Virus record (IMG/VR): IMGVR_UViG_3300029207_000009
Span: 1-36,260 of that record
Length of the DNA stretch: 36,260 nucleotides
Origin: a virus
Strand: one strand, 5' to 3'
The notes under the pieces: model-generated
The model's database searches: none
Told to the model about the DNA's origin: nothing
The model's input: only the letters and a program-made list of their open reading frames with translations
Program-made: the position numbers and the translations under genes
Part shown: positions 8,005-17,343 of the stretch, in pieces
Numbering within the stretch: position 1 is the first letter of the stretch
Layout: each line of letters starts with the position of its first letter

Positions 8005-8573
8005 CACGCAAACATATCTCCAATCTCATAATCTGTCATTATTCTCCGATTCTTCTTTTTCAGCGCAACTATCTCCTGTATCTTTTTAATTCTTTTGCGC
8101 TCGTCCTTATCTTTAATTGTCCGGAGATCTATGCTCCGGTACATAATTCTCTGCTTGATCTCCGTCTTTTCCGGAAGACCTGCAAATAATGTCTGAAACT
8201 CCCACCAGTGCATATAAGGAATCGTCTGCAGATTAATTCCATACACCTCTCGAAATGCACTGTAAATACACTCTGCATCTTGTTCAAAAGAATACAATTG
8301 CTTCGGTGCAGATCTGGTAATACTCTCATCCTCTTCTGCGTTTTCTGTTTTCATTGCGAGAAAATCACCCAATGCATAAACTGCTGTTTCCAGATCATCC
8401 GGGCCCCCATCTATGTACCACTGCAACAACAGTCGGCACTTTATCTGCCAGGGGATATCCTCGTCTTCCACCAGTTTAGCAAATCGTATCCATTCACGAA
8501 AATCTGTTTCAATTTGGTAAGCTTCACCATTCACGCAAACTGTATCCGGAAATTTATCGAACAAAATATTCAT
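8004..8573 (-). CDS. Phage Gp15-family protein (A118/SPP1-like tail-assembly associated)
   Basis: 189 aa, MNILFDKFPDTVCVNGEAYQIETDFREWIRFAKL... It resembles the Phage_Gp15 family and lies directly upstream of the TMP. Confidence 0.7.
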   Translation of the reverse strand: MNILFDKFPDTVCVNGEAYQIETDFREWIRFAKLVEDEDIPWQIKCRLLLQWYIDGGPDDLETAVYALGDFLAMKTENAEEDESITRSAPKQLYSFEQDAECIYSAFREVYGINLQTIPYMHWWEFQTLFAGLPEKTEIKQRIMYRSIDLRTIKDKDERKRIKKIQEIVALKKKNRRIMTDYEIGDMFA

Positions 8574-8579
8574 AGCATA

Positions 8580-9005
8580 CTACCTGTTGCCATTACGGTA
8601 ATAAGTAACATTTTCCTTATTCTTCTTCTTTCCATGCTGCTTATTATAATTACGTCTCTGCTGTCTGTTACCATGCTGCTGTATGGTATATTCACTGTAT
8701 CGTCCGTTCAGCTTTGTCGCTTCGTCATTTTCGAATTTCAGCAACTCATCCGCAGCATCAAGACATGCATTCAAGCTGATTTTCCCCTGAAACATTTCTT
8801 CATGTGCACCTTCTCCGATAATTCTGTCAAAAAAATTAAAGTAACACTGGCATTGTGCACGAATAATATCTGCAGTCTTTCCAGTTTTGGGTACACGTGC
8901 AGCTTCTTCTTTCATTGCTTGTTTCGCATCTTCAAGATTTTCCAAAAATAGTACATCTGTAAAATCAATCTCTGCTTCAAGATTTCCAAATTTAAAAAGG
9001 CTCAT
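8580..9005 (-). CDS. Tail assembly chaperone candidate (position-based)
   Basis: 141 aa, acidic N-terminus and basic C-terminus. It lies between the major tail protein and the Gp15-like gene. Confidence 0.55.
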   Translation of the reverse strand: MSLFKFGNLEAEIDFTDVLFLENLEDAKQAMKEEAARVPKTGKTADIIRAQCQCYFNFFDRIIGEGAHEEMFQGKISLNACLDAADELLKFENDEATKLNGRYSEYTIQQHGNRQQRRNYNKQHGKKKNKENVTYYRNGNR

Positions 9006-9023
9006 CGGCTCACTCTCCTATCT

Positions 9024-9533
9024 TTACTCTGCTGTAAATGTACATGTCTGCCAGCTATCTGTTGTTGTGGCAGTTCCTTTAATGATTTCCCCGGCTGCTT
9101 TCAAGCTTCCCTTATAGATCAGTGCATCCGTTCCATCGCCTTCCGTATCCGGGATCACGCTCCAGTCACGTTTTCTTGCAGTACAAGTCGTACTTTCTCC
9201 TGTTTTCTCATCGAACAGATCTACAACCACCACTGTTACCTGTGCGTCTGATCCAAGAAGTTCATCGTCCGTGATCATTGCAAGTTTTTTCTGTACTGCA
9301 TCGTTCGTGTATAAGTCAAACTCATAGTCCATAGATGGTGCATATCCTACCACATCAGATCTTTCACTTGCTTCATCTACGTACTGCCTACTGTATTCAG
9401 TGGAATTTTTCCCATCAGACAGCGATGTGAATCCTGTCATTCTGGTGTATGTCTTTCCATCACCGGTTACATCCATAAACGCAACACGCTTATGTCTGCC
9501 TACTAATTTCTTTTTGCTTGTATCTCCTTCCAT
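9024..9533 (-). CDS. Major tail protein
   Basis: Start at MEGDTSKKKLVGRHKRVAFMDV (ATG 9533, SD GGAGG). About 169 aa. It occupies the expected position after the head-tail joining genes. Confidence 0.75.
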   Translation of the reverse strand: MEGDTSKKKLVGRHKRVAFMDVTGDGKTYTRMTGFTSLSDGKNSTEYSRQYVDEASERSDVVGYAPSMDYEFDLYTNDAVQKKLAMITDDELLGSDAQVTVVVVDLFDEKTGESTTCTARKRDWSVIPDTEGDGTDALIYKGSLKAAGEIIKGTATTTDSWQTCTFTAE

Positions 9534-9544
9534 GATACAACCTC

Positions 9545-9964
9545 CTATCTGTATATTACTCTGCAAATCATCTGATACCGCCCCAGGTCAACCTCTGCAC
9601 TAAACAAATAGCCGGACTGCAGCACGTCTACTCTGGTAGCATCGTGCCCGTCCAGCTCTGGGAGAATATCATTCATGTTGTTACTTTCGACCCACTCTTC
9701 AAAAGCCTGATAAAAGCCACTGTTGGCAATACCGGTTCTAGCATCACCGTCATACGCTTCCTTGCTCGTGAATGCGAATTGAAACTGTTTCAAGCAGGTC
9801 CCATCTGTGTATCTCTTGTAGACAGGATCCACTCCGATCGGATCAATGGAATACTCCATTCCATTACCTAAATAATCAATATTTATCTTCCGATCATCAA
9901 TATCCGGATTCAGCATAACATAATCACGGATACTCTGAATAATCGGTTTTTTACTCTCTTGCAA
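9545..9964 (-). CDS. Tail completion / tail terminator-like protein
   Basis: 139 aa with a TTG start at 9964, or ATG at 9916. The call is based on position. Confidence 0.55.
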   Translation of the reverse strand: MQESKKPIIQSIRDYVMLNPDIDDRKINIDYLGNGMEYSIDPIGVDPVYKRYTDGTCLKQFQFAFTSKEAYDGDARTGIANSGFYQAFEEWVESNNMNDILPELDGHDATRVDVLQSGYLFSAEVDLGRYQMICRVIYR

Positions 9965-10334
9965 TCCTCTCTGCTCCTTTCAGGATGGGTTCCTTGTGGC
10001 TTGCTTTCATGGTTTCAAACCATCTTGGCTTACTTTTGTTCTCATAATATTGCCGGCGGGCATAAGGCGCTAAATATTCGATACTCCCCGATCCGATTAC
10101 AGTTCCAAGTGTTCCTGATTTAATCAGAAATCCTGTTCGTCTTGGTGTAAGTGGATTCATATACCTCAGGCATTCTGAATCAACAAATTGTTGCGCTTTT
10201 GAAAAGCTCTCAGCCTTTCGCTGCGCAAATCCTGGTGTCCACTCTATTTTTGCCGTTACGCTTCCATTCGCATCAGCTGAAGTAAACACACTCCCGCGAG
10301 GGGTTGTAATTCGAAATTCCTTTTTCTGTGCCAT
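9951..10334 (-). CDS. Minor capsid / head-tail joining protein (HK97 gp10-like position)
   Basis: 127 aa. SD GAAGGTGAG. Its ATG directly follows the TAA of the upstream gene. Confidence 0.6.
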   Translation of the reverse strand: MAQKKEFRITTPRGSVFTSADANGSVTAKIEWTPGFAQRKAESFSKAQQFVDSECLRYMNPLTPRRTGFLIKSGTLGTVIGSGSIEYLAPYARRQYYENKSKPRWFETMKASHKEPILKGAERIARE

Positions 10335-10745
10335 TTACTCACCTTCAATTCTCCAATGCGGTAACCCGCCGAACCGGTTATCTGACCAGGACAACACTTT
10401 GCAATGTCTCAACCGTACGTCTTTCAGATCAGCTGGTCTTTCAATCTCCTGATCATACTCACCAAGCACAATTTGATCATCTGTTTGGATAGTCCAATGT
10501 TCTTCCAGATCTTTCAGTTTTGCATATTCTTCCGGTGGAAGATACTGATCCGCATTCTCCACATCGGTAGGAATACGGATCTTATATACTTCTGCACTGT
10601 TTAGTCCAGAATCACCGGCGGATGCTTTGTGATCAACATATACATGCACATTCTCAATAATGGTTCTATGCCAGGTATCGAAACGGGTGAGTGAATCGTA
10701 CCTATGGTTATAGATAGTTATCGTTGCATTCGTTAACATCATCAT
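10335..10745 (-). CDS. Head closure / head-tail adaptor protein
   Basis: 136 aa. The call is based on position in the connector module. Confidence 0.6.
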   Translation of the reverse strand: MMMLTNATITIYNHRYDSLTRFDTWHRTIIENVHVYVDHKASAGDSGLNSAEVYKIRIPTDVENADQYLPPEEYAKLKDLEEHWTIQTDDQIVLGEYDQEIERPADLKDVRLRHCKVLSWSDNRFGGLPHWRIEGE

Positions 10746-11076
10746 CCACCGCCAAACTCATTAATCCTGTATTGATCAAATACACTTCTGCGATTTCATA
10801 TAACATCACATTCAATGGCTTACTCGTATTATATGACACGGAATAGCCATCATTATTTTCCGAAGTCTTTCCGTCACGCCGCTCATACTTATATGCACAA
10901 TCGCACATTTCACAAAGTGCTGTTTTGGCTTGTTCCGGCCAGTTGTCTTCTTTCATTCGATCAAATGTATACTGGTTAAGTCTTGCACTCATTTTTAATT
11001 CCAAGGAAATCCAGCGGTTCTCCGGAATCAGAGAACCACCAAAAGAATCCTTGTAATACTCGTATGTCACATTCAT
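10708..11076 (-). CDS. Head-tail connector protein
   Basis: 122 aa. It is the first gene after the major capsid gene. Confidence 0.6.
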   Translation of the reverse strand: MNVTYEYYKDSFGGSLIPENRWISLELKMSARLNQYTFDRMKEDNWPEQAKTALCEMCDCAYKYERRDGKTSENNDGYSVSYNTSKPLNVMLYEIAEVYLINTGLMSLAVDDDVNECNDNYL

Positions 11077-11087
11077 GACATCACTCC

Positions 11088-11945
11088 TTACTCTCCGGCT
11101 TTGTGAACATAGATTGCTACTTTCTTATTGTCCTTCGCTTCTGCAATACCAACTGTTCTGTAACCGAACTTCCATGCATCAGCTGTCTGGTTCTGCTCCG
11201 GAGTGATAATCTTCGAAACTGTATGTTTCTGATACTGAATTGCTGCGTTTTTGTCCACAATCAAGAAATCAATTGCTTTTCCTCCCGTGGTTGCAAATCC
11301 ACCTGCACCAGTTTTCGTCAGTGTGACCTTGTCAAAGAATCTGCTTGCTGGTACTTCAATTACTCCCGCCCAGTCTTCCATCGCCTTCTTTGATGCCGTT
11401 GTATCAAGGTCATCAATCATTCCTTTCAGTGTTGTCGAAATAAACAGGTAGCAAGTCTCTGTTTTAGCCTCCGCATTCTTAATTGCAGTCTTGCCTGCGC
11501 GAATTGCCGCAATACCTGCTTTTCCATCAGCAATCGCTCCTGTAGCAACATTGTTTCCTGATGCATATCCAGCATACTTCGCAAGTCTCCATGTATCCAA
11601 TTCCGGCACTACCTGTGTACGTAAGAACTCACCGGACAGACGTCCAAACGCGATACCTGCAGATTCAATATTATCCATTGCATCTACAGTGAACATACGA
11701 CCTCGATCATAATCACACTTCTTTGTTTCGTAATCAAGCGTTACATCTCCTAAGGCATAGCCTGTCTGCTTATCATAATCTGCTAATCCGCTCATAGACA
11801 TCTTCGGGATTAAGATTTCATTCGCATTTGCGCCCTCCTGAGCTAAATCATTCGGTCCATCCAGCACTGCTGTTAATGATGCTAACTTGTATGCCTCATC
11901 CAGAAGTGTGGAATATGTTTTTCTTAATGCAATTACATTTGGCAT
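11088..11945 (-). CDS. Major capsid protein (A118-like type)
   Basis: 285 aa, MPNVIALRKTYSTLLDEAYKLASLTAVLDG... It lies directly downstream of the GP20 scaffold gene and has a good SD. Confidence 0.85.
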   Translation of the reverse strand: MPNVIALRKTYSTLLDEAYKLASLTAVLDGPNDLAQEGANANEILIPKMSMSGLADYDKQTGYALGDVTLDYETKKCDYDRGRMFTVDAMDNIESAGIAFGRLSGEFLRTQVVPELDTWRLAKYAGYASGNNVATGAIADGKAGIAAIRAGKTAIKNAEAKTETCYLFISTTLKGMIDDLDTTASKKAMEDWAGVIEVPASRFFDKVTLTKTGAGGFATTGGKAIDFLIVDKNAAIQYQKHTVSKIITPEQNQTADAWKFGYRTVGIAEAKDNKKVAIYVHKAGE

Positions 11946-11963
11946 ATCTTTCTACCTCTTTCC

Positions 11964-12530
11964 TTATTTCTTTTCCGGCAGTCCCATAGCAGCGCGAATA
12001 GCTGAGACATCGTCTGCTCCTGGATCCGCTCCACCGCTAATGTTGGTTCCACCTACTGCATTGTTGATTGGTTCGTTTGCTCCGAACAGATATCCGTCTG
12101 ACTTCTTTACATCCTCCAAAGCCTTTTTGATATCTGCGGATTGATTCTTTGATTCTTTCAGAGCATCGATATCCAGCATGGCAATAACAGCCTTTTCGTT
12201 TCTTCCACCGGCAGTCTTGACTGCTTCTTTGATAGAATCCATGAATACACGATCTGCCTCTTTCGCTGCGTATTCATCATCTTTTGCTTTCAGATCTCCC
12301 TGAAGCTTTGTGATCTGCCCCTGCAGATCTTTTATATCGACACCTTCAAACTCCTTCAGCTTGGCATTCACATCATCCAGAGAGGCCTTATAGTTGTCCC
12401 TCTGCGAAACTGCATTATCATACTCGCTTTTAGTACGATAATTTTCTTTCCAAGCCTTATCGAAATCCGCTTTTTTATCTGCCGGGACTTCCATACCATA
12501 CTCTTTCAAAATCTCATAAATATTTTTCAT
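11964..12530 (-). CDS. Scaffolding protein (Phage_GP20 family)
   Basis: 188 aa, coiled-coil. MKNIYEILKEYGMEVPADKKADFDKAWKENYRTKSEYD...LKAKDDEYAAKEADRVF is typical of the GP20 minor structural/scaffold family. Confidence 0.85.
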   Translation of the reverse strand: MKNIYEILKEYGMEVPADKKADFDKAWKENYRTKSEYDNAVSQRDNYKASLDDVNAKLKEFEGVDIKDLQGQITKLQGDLKAKDDEYAAKEADRVFMDSIKEAVKTAGGRNEKAVIAMLDIDALKESKNQSADIKKALEDVKKSDGYLFGANEPINNAVGGTNISGGADPGADDVSAIRAAMGLPEKK

Positions 12531-12640
12531 AGTTACATTCCTCCTGAAATATTTTATTGACCGCTCTTTCAGCGGTATGGGATATAGCCGGTTAGACCTC
12601 CGGCCGGGTAATTGTCCAGTTTATAGCCTTATGACAGGGC

Positions 12641-12670
12641 ATAAAAATAAGACGCATAACCCTGCGTCTC
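12641..12670 (-). terminator. Rho-independent terminator T2 inside the head operon
   Basis: The minus strand reads AGACGCA-GGGTTA-TGCGTCT, a 7-bp stem, followed by TATTTTTAT. Confidence 0.6.
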
Positions 12671-12705
12671 AAAGGGAGATAAGTGGATCACCTCCTAAAA
12701 ATGCG

Positions 12706-12739
12706 TACAAAAATACCACCGGCCTTTCGACTGGTGGTA
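12706..12739 (-). terminator. Rho-independent terminator T1 just after the 12741..13010 gene
   Basis: The minus strand reads TACCACC...GGTGGTA, a GC-rich stem, followed by TTTTTGT. Confidence 0.6.
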
Positions 12740-12740
12740 G

Positions 12741-13010
12741 CTACATGGATAATACTTTCATATCATTCCATAATTCCTTTAACTGTCTATCATTTATTTT
12801 ATGTTTATCAAGCATTGCCTTGGCATCTGTATAGAAATTAGTCTCACCTTCTGGACACCTGCATATAAACGGCTCATCATCTCTCCACGAAATATTATAT
12901 CTTTCTCCATAAAGAATAAACTCGATATCTAATCCTATCTCTATAGCTTCTGACAGCTCAGACAAGTTCTCAAATTTTGCATAATCTTTATACTCAATCA
13001 TTTCAATCAC
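12741..13010 (-). CDS. Hypothetical protein (89 aa)
   Basis: The ORF overlaps the stop of the MuF-like gene by 4 nt. No family recognised. Confidence 0.6.
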   Translation of the reverse strand: MIEMIEYKDYAKFENLSELSEAIEIGLDIEFILYGERYNISWRDDEPFICRCPEGETNFYTDAKAMLDKHKINDRQLKELWNDMKVLSM

Positions 13011-14671
13011 CTCTTCTCGAGAATATCTTTATTGGCAATTTCATGCCCTAATTTAAGTGGATTATCGCGCTTTGCTTCACGTTTCAAGTTACCTTTTTCA
13101 TCAAGATACCAGTTATGATAATGTGGTACAATCGGATGTTCTTTTGAATTTCCGTGATCCGTCATATCTATGTCCAATCTTGGTCTTCCATCATTTCCGT
13201 AATATCTACGTCTCTGCAAGGCACCATCTTTGAAATTATCAAACACACTATTCGGAGCACCTTTATACGGGATAGAATGTACTTCTCCTATTTGTTTCTT
13301 CTTCAGTGCTTGACTCTGCCATTTTACATCTATATATGCTTCACTGATAATTTTCCATTTCTCACTATCATTATATTTCATCTGGCCGAAATTAACAAGC
13401 GAACCAATATAATCTCCCAGAACTTCTTTATACCGCTTATACTGAGCCACATCCTTGGATGCATTCTCAATCATTTCCCGCGGGAACAATGCATTCTGTC
13501 GTTTGCTATTTGTTGCCACCCGACCTTTCATATCCAGGTAAATACGCTCACGTTCTTCAGTAAGCTTCATCTTCCGGCAGAATCTGGAATATTCATTCAA
13601 CTGCCCTTGGTATTTTGCTTTATGTAACAAAATCTCATCTGGATCAGCTTTGCCTTTCTGAAGTAGTCGAATTTTTTCTCTCTGCGCCCGCATTGCTACT
13701 TCCATCTGGCGTTGCCTTTGTTTGGCTTCGTACAGGGTATACTCTTTTTCTCCAAACTTCTTTGGTTCACTCTCTTCCAGATTCTTGGCATCCAGCCATT
13801 CATCTGTCCAGTTGCGTTCGGATATTCCCAGAAAGAATGGATAATATTCATGGTAGCAGTTTACTCCCAGCAATCCTGTTACTGTTCCCAGTCCGCATAC
13901 ATCATACAGTTCACGCTTACTCCACACTCTTCCTTGCCATACTGCATGAGTCGGTCGTGCTCCGGCATGCCAAGCAACCTCGAAATATTCTGTTCCAAGC
14001 TTCTCGGCGTTATACTCTGTTATCTTCCCGGTAATCTGACTCACTGCAGTCATTACGGCTCGCCTTGCAGCCACATCCACCCGATCAGCTCGTCCAGATG
14101 AATAATCTATCTTCCGGAGTCCGCTGTTCGTAAGTTGTGTAACTACTCTCCTCAGGACACTGTTATAATCAAAAGCGCCAGTTACGATATCATAACATGC
14201 TGCATCCAGATATCCGGAATACACCTGAGCAAGTGGCGTCAGCACTTTCCTGCCATTTCCGTAATCCAGGTAAAAACCAAGCGAATTGGTTACATTCTCC
14301 AAATCTTCACAACTCTGGTCAATAATTGCTTCTGTGATCTGCTTAAGCTGTCTGTTCTCTTCGAACGGTATGTATTTGGCGTTGATCTGTTCATATATAT
14401 CTTTATTTCGAACATATTCCTTTTCAATCACCTTGTCATACAACTCAAACATCTCCGGGTAGGAAGCATTGAGCGTTTTCTTGATTTCCCTCTCGATATC
14501 CTCAGAAGAATATCCCAGGATCCGTAACCGGTTGATCTGCCAATCTGCAGTACTGGTAATCTCACCAGTCTTAGCGATTCTTCGAACAATATCCTGCATG
14601 ATTCGTTCTTCCAGATCCTGATATCTGACAGCAATCTTACCGGCCATCTTATTCTTGTAATCATCTCGCAT
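13007..14671 (-). CDS. Minor capsid / head morphogenesis protein (MuF / SPP1 gp7 / A118 minor capsid protein 2 type) with a ~260-aa C-terminal extension
   Basis: 554 aa. The N-terminal half carries ...YFEVAWHAGARPTHAVWQGRVWS..., a MuF-like core. It lies directly after the portal gene. The C-terminus ends in the His-rich DIDMTDHGNSKEHPIVPHYHNW. Confidence 0.85.
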   Translation of the reverse strand: MRDDYKNKMAGKIAVRYQDLEERIMQDIVRRIAKTGEITSTADWQINRLRILGYSSEDIEREIKKTLNASYPEMFELYDKVIEKEYVRNKDIYEQINAKYIPFEENRQLKQITEAIIDQSCEDLENVTNSLGFYLDYGNGRKVLTPLAQVYSGYLDAACYDIVTGAFDYNSVLRRVVTQLTNSGLRKIDYSSGRADRVDVAARRAVMTAVSQITGKITEYNAEKLGTEYFEVAWHAGARPTHAVWQGRVWSKRELYDVCGLGTVTGLLGVNCYHEYYPFFLGISERNWTDEWLDAKNLEESEPKKFGEKEYTLYEAKQRQRQMEVAMRAQREKIRLLQKGKADPDEILLHKAKYQGQLNEYSRFCRKMKLTEERERIYLDMKGRVATNSKRQNALFPREMIENASKDVAQYKRYKEVLGDYIGSLVNFGQMKYNDSEKWKIISEAYIDVKWQSQALKKKQIGEVHSIPYKGAPNSVFDNFKDGALQRRRYYGNDGRPRLDIDMTDHGNSKEHPIVPHYHNWYLDEKGNLKREAKRDNPLKLGHEIANKDILEKR

Positions 14672-14672
14672 C

Positions 14673-16022
14673 TTACTCCATCACCTGATTCTGTTCCGGG
14701 ATTTTTGACTTTGCGGTCGCTTCGTCCTCGTTGTACCATTTCATGCGATATTCAACCAGACTCATAACACCCATACTTACGTCTTGCCTGTCCTGCTGCC
14801 TTTCTGATTCTTCATCTGCCAAGATTGAATCATTGAACTCGCAAGTAAATTCCACACCAGACATATAAGAACCGTTGTAGAAAGCCAGCGCATTTACGAA
14901 TCCATTTAAACATTCTTCGAGCTTCTCCTGTATTGCAGTAACTCGGTTGTATTTTCTAGTCTTTGATGCAAGCACTTCCGTGGCTGTCTTATCCACCTCC
15001 TGTGCGTCAGACAGATCTCCGTAAGCAAGACCAACATTGAACTCAATCTCTCGTTTGTATTCTTCTAATCCTCTTCGAAATGCTTCATCCCTCATTGCAG
15101 GAGAATATTCTTTGTAAAGTTCTTTATCCTTACCATCTTCAAGGTTCATCCCTTTGTAAAGACGTTTTTTCAGCCTTGGCAGGTAAGTCTTACCGCCTTT
15201 ACTCTTTAATGCTCTCTGATCCACGTGAATCGCACGTTCTCCAGAATCATATTCCCAGTCAAGACGTGCTGCCTGCACATCAGCTTTCTTTATCAATCCT
15301 TTTGCCGACTCATATATTGATACGCCACATGAAGAACTATCCACCTTATTCTCAATTGGATTCTGATAATATCCAAAATCCATTTCTGTCATACCGGTAT
15401 AAACAATTGGCCCAGGTTGAATATTTGCCCATTCTGCGACTGCTTCCAGGCTGCATCTCTGCCCGATATCACTTCGGCTCTGCGAATGATAACATTTATT
15501 TTCAATGGTCAGACTCCCATTTGTGAAATAATGTCTCTCTACCCTGGTATAATAATCATTTTCGCCAACACACTTTACAACCAGAAAAGCAATATCGTTC
15601 GGAACTCCGTTATCATCAAAACTAATCGGAATGAATTTATCTGCAACAACATACTCAGCCTTGTCTGAACCGAGCGGTCGGAGAACCATTGCTCCAAGGG
15701 CAAGACCGGTCTGCAGCTTCTTGTTCATATCAGATAGACTTTTCTGGAGAACTTTATCCATATTATCATGATTCAGGATCTTGGCTTCCATCTCTACCAA
15801 GACAGAATCTGCAAACTCACGGCAGATGCCCTCTTCCAATTTCAAGGATTCTACTGTATCGTCACACCATTCTGCATTCCCGACCAGCATTCTTTTCCAT
15901 TCATTGATGGCATCGATCATGGCCTGTGACAGTGCCACATCTTTACCAATTATATTTTTTAATGTCGTGTAATTAAACATGCTCACTATCCTTCCCCATA
16001 GTCTTTTTAATTCATCAAACAT
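14673..16022 (-). CDS. Portal protein (A118/Gp6-type)
   Basis: 449 aa, immediately downstream of TerL. MFDELKRLWGRIVSMFNYTTLKNIIGKDVALSQAMIDAINEWKRML is typical of this portal family. Confidence 0.9.
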   Translation of the reverse strand: MFDELKRLWGRIVSMFNYTTLKNIIGKDVALSQAMIDAINEWKRMLVGNAEWCDDTVESLKLEEGICREFADSVLVEMEAKILNHDNMDKVLQKSLSDMNKKLQTGLALGAMVLRPLGSDKAEYVVADKFIPISFDDNGVPNDIAFLVVKCVGENDYYTRVERHYFTNGSLTIENKCYHSQSRSDIGQRCSLEAVAEWANIQPGPIVYTGMTEMDFGYYQNPIENKVDSSSCGVSIYESAKGLIKKADVQAARLDWEYDSGERAIHVDQRALKSKGGKTYLPRLKKRLYKGMNLEDGKDKELYKEYSPAMRDEAFRRGLEEYKREIEFNVGLAYGDLSDAQEVDKTATEVLASKTRKYNRVTAIQEKLEECLNGFVNALAFYNGSYMSGVEFTCEFNDSILADEESERQQDRQDVSMGVMSLVEYRMKWYNEDEATAKSKIPEQNQVME

Positions 16023-17343
16023 CTTCCACCTCTTCTATCAGATCTCGCATATCCCGTTCAATTGTATACTCAAATGCATCCAGGCTATCAATATCGGTGC
16101 TACCATCATCCAGACGCTCATCTTTATCTTTCACGTCTTTATTCCATACCGCATCCGAAAGCGCTGTCTGTAGGGACTTGCAATCCTCTGTAATCCAGAA
16201 CCTTCCAGCTCCCATCAATCGGATCGTACAGCGAATCCGATCAATGATAGATGCTTTCTTCGCTTTTCTTACAATCATCCAAGGGAATCTCTTTTCCACT
16301 GCATTTCGGATGGAATTACCGAGCACTGTCTCCGCATTATCGTAGTAAACGGATTCCACATTACAGTACTCTACATAATCGCCTTGTTTTTTGATCACAC
16401 TGTATTTATCAATTACCTCTTGAACAAAATCGCAGAACAGCTGATCCAGCATATTGCTGTCTATGTCTTTTTCCTGGTCTTTTGCCATGACTCGCTTAGA
16501 CATAATCCCTATTACGTCTCTGTAATCGTCTGTATATCCTCTGGCCACAAAAGAATGACCGGACTGATTTCCTCCGAAGTCAAGTCCGATCTCTATCGAT
16601 ACAATATCATTTTTCCTGAATTGTTTATGTTCCGGATTGTCCGCAGGTCCTTCCAATACTTCACACCGGAACTTCTCCGGATTGTCTGCAAATCGTTTAT
16701 AAATTGCTCCTTCTGCTCTCTTCCATAACCCAAGAATCAGACGATCGTAATAAATTGTACCCTCATACTCTTTGCACAGCTGCTCAACAAATTCCTGTGG
16801 AAGAAACGGATTATCAAAGATTGTGTATCTCTGCAAATAGATATCCAGTTCGTCATTATCCAGAAACTCCTTTAACCAGTGTGTCGGATGCTCCGGATTG
16901 CAAGCTCCATCAAAGCACGAATATGGCTTATCGAGCCGTGATTTCAGCATCTGGAACACTTCTTTGTTCCATTTGGCAATCTCATCACCGTAACAATATT
17001 TGATGCTGGCTCCCTGTATCTTTGCTACCTGGCTGACTTTCTCTGCTCCCAGACAATACACTTCTTCACCGCAGATCATTGCCATATTCCGGTTATTGAT
17101 CTGCCCGATCAGTTCCTCTGTGTAAATCTCACGCATTGGCTGCAGTACGTTTCGTTCAATTGATTCCTTAGACACACCAAGGATAACATTTAGTCCCGGC
17201 TTGCCAGTCCTCTCTCGAATACGGAATGGAACCACAAAAGCTGTATCCACATAAGACTTTCCGGAACGAACTGCCCCGGATTTAATGTTCCATCTATGAG
17301 TTGCGTTCGCAATATATTCATTCTGTTTCTTGCTTAATTGCAT
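16015..17343 (-). CDS. terL: Terminase large subunit (PBSX/Terminase_3-like)
   Basis: 442 aa. Walker A-like SGAVRSGKS near the N-terminus. It lies between TerS and the portal gene. Confidence 0.92.
   Translation of the reverse strand: MQLSKKQNEYIANATHRWNIKSGAVRSGKSYVDTAFVVPFRIRERTGKPGLNVILGVSKESIERNVLQPMREIYTEELIGQINNRNMAMICGEEVYCLGAEKVSQVAKIQGASIKYCYGDEIAKWNKEVFQMLKSRLDKPYSCFDGACNPEHPTHWLKEFLDNDELDIYLQRYTIFDNPFLPQEFVEQLCKEYEGTIYYDRLILGLWKRAEGAIYKRFADNPEKFRCEVLEGPADNPEHKQFRKNDIVSIEIGLDFGGNQSGHSFVARGYTDDYRDVIGIMSKRVMAKDQEKDIDSNMLDQLFCDFVQEVIDKYSVIKKQGDYVEYCNVESVYYDNAETVLGNSIRNAVEKRFPWMIVRKAKKASIIDRIRCTIRLMGAGRFWITEDCKSLQTALSDAVWNKDVKDKDERLDDGSTDIDSLDAFEYTIERDMRDLIEEVEDV

Noticed and set aside
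8208-8951. 247-aa plus-strand ORF spanning the Gp15-like and chaperone-like genes
   Set aside because: It is antisense to two recognisable minus-strand genes. The translated sequence is Cys/Phe/Ile/Leu-rich and looks like nonsense. No SD or promoter was seen.
8004-9005. Canonical -1 programmed frameshift (G/GT) in the tail chaperone genes
   Set aside because: I did not spot an XXXYYYZ slippery heptamer with an extended overlapping frame near the 3' end of 8580..9005. The two genes are separated by a normal stop and a 6-nt gap. A computational scan is still advisable.
12577-12834. 85-aa plus-strand ORF in the scaffold-upstream gap
   Set aside because: It runs through two minus-strand terminators and into the 89-aa gene. 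There is no SD, so it is probably spurious.
13154-16173. Plus-strand ORFs across the MuF-like, portal and terminase genes (for example 13154..13627, 13615..14034, 14135..14527, 15080..15526, 15979..16173) and minus-strand alternative frame 14428..14739
   Set aside because: All overlap strongly supported minus-strand structural genes and have the Leu/Phe/Ser/Cys-rich composition typical of antisense frames.
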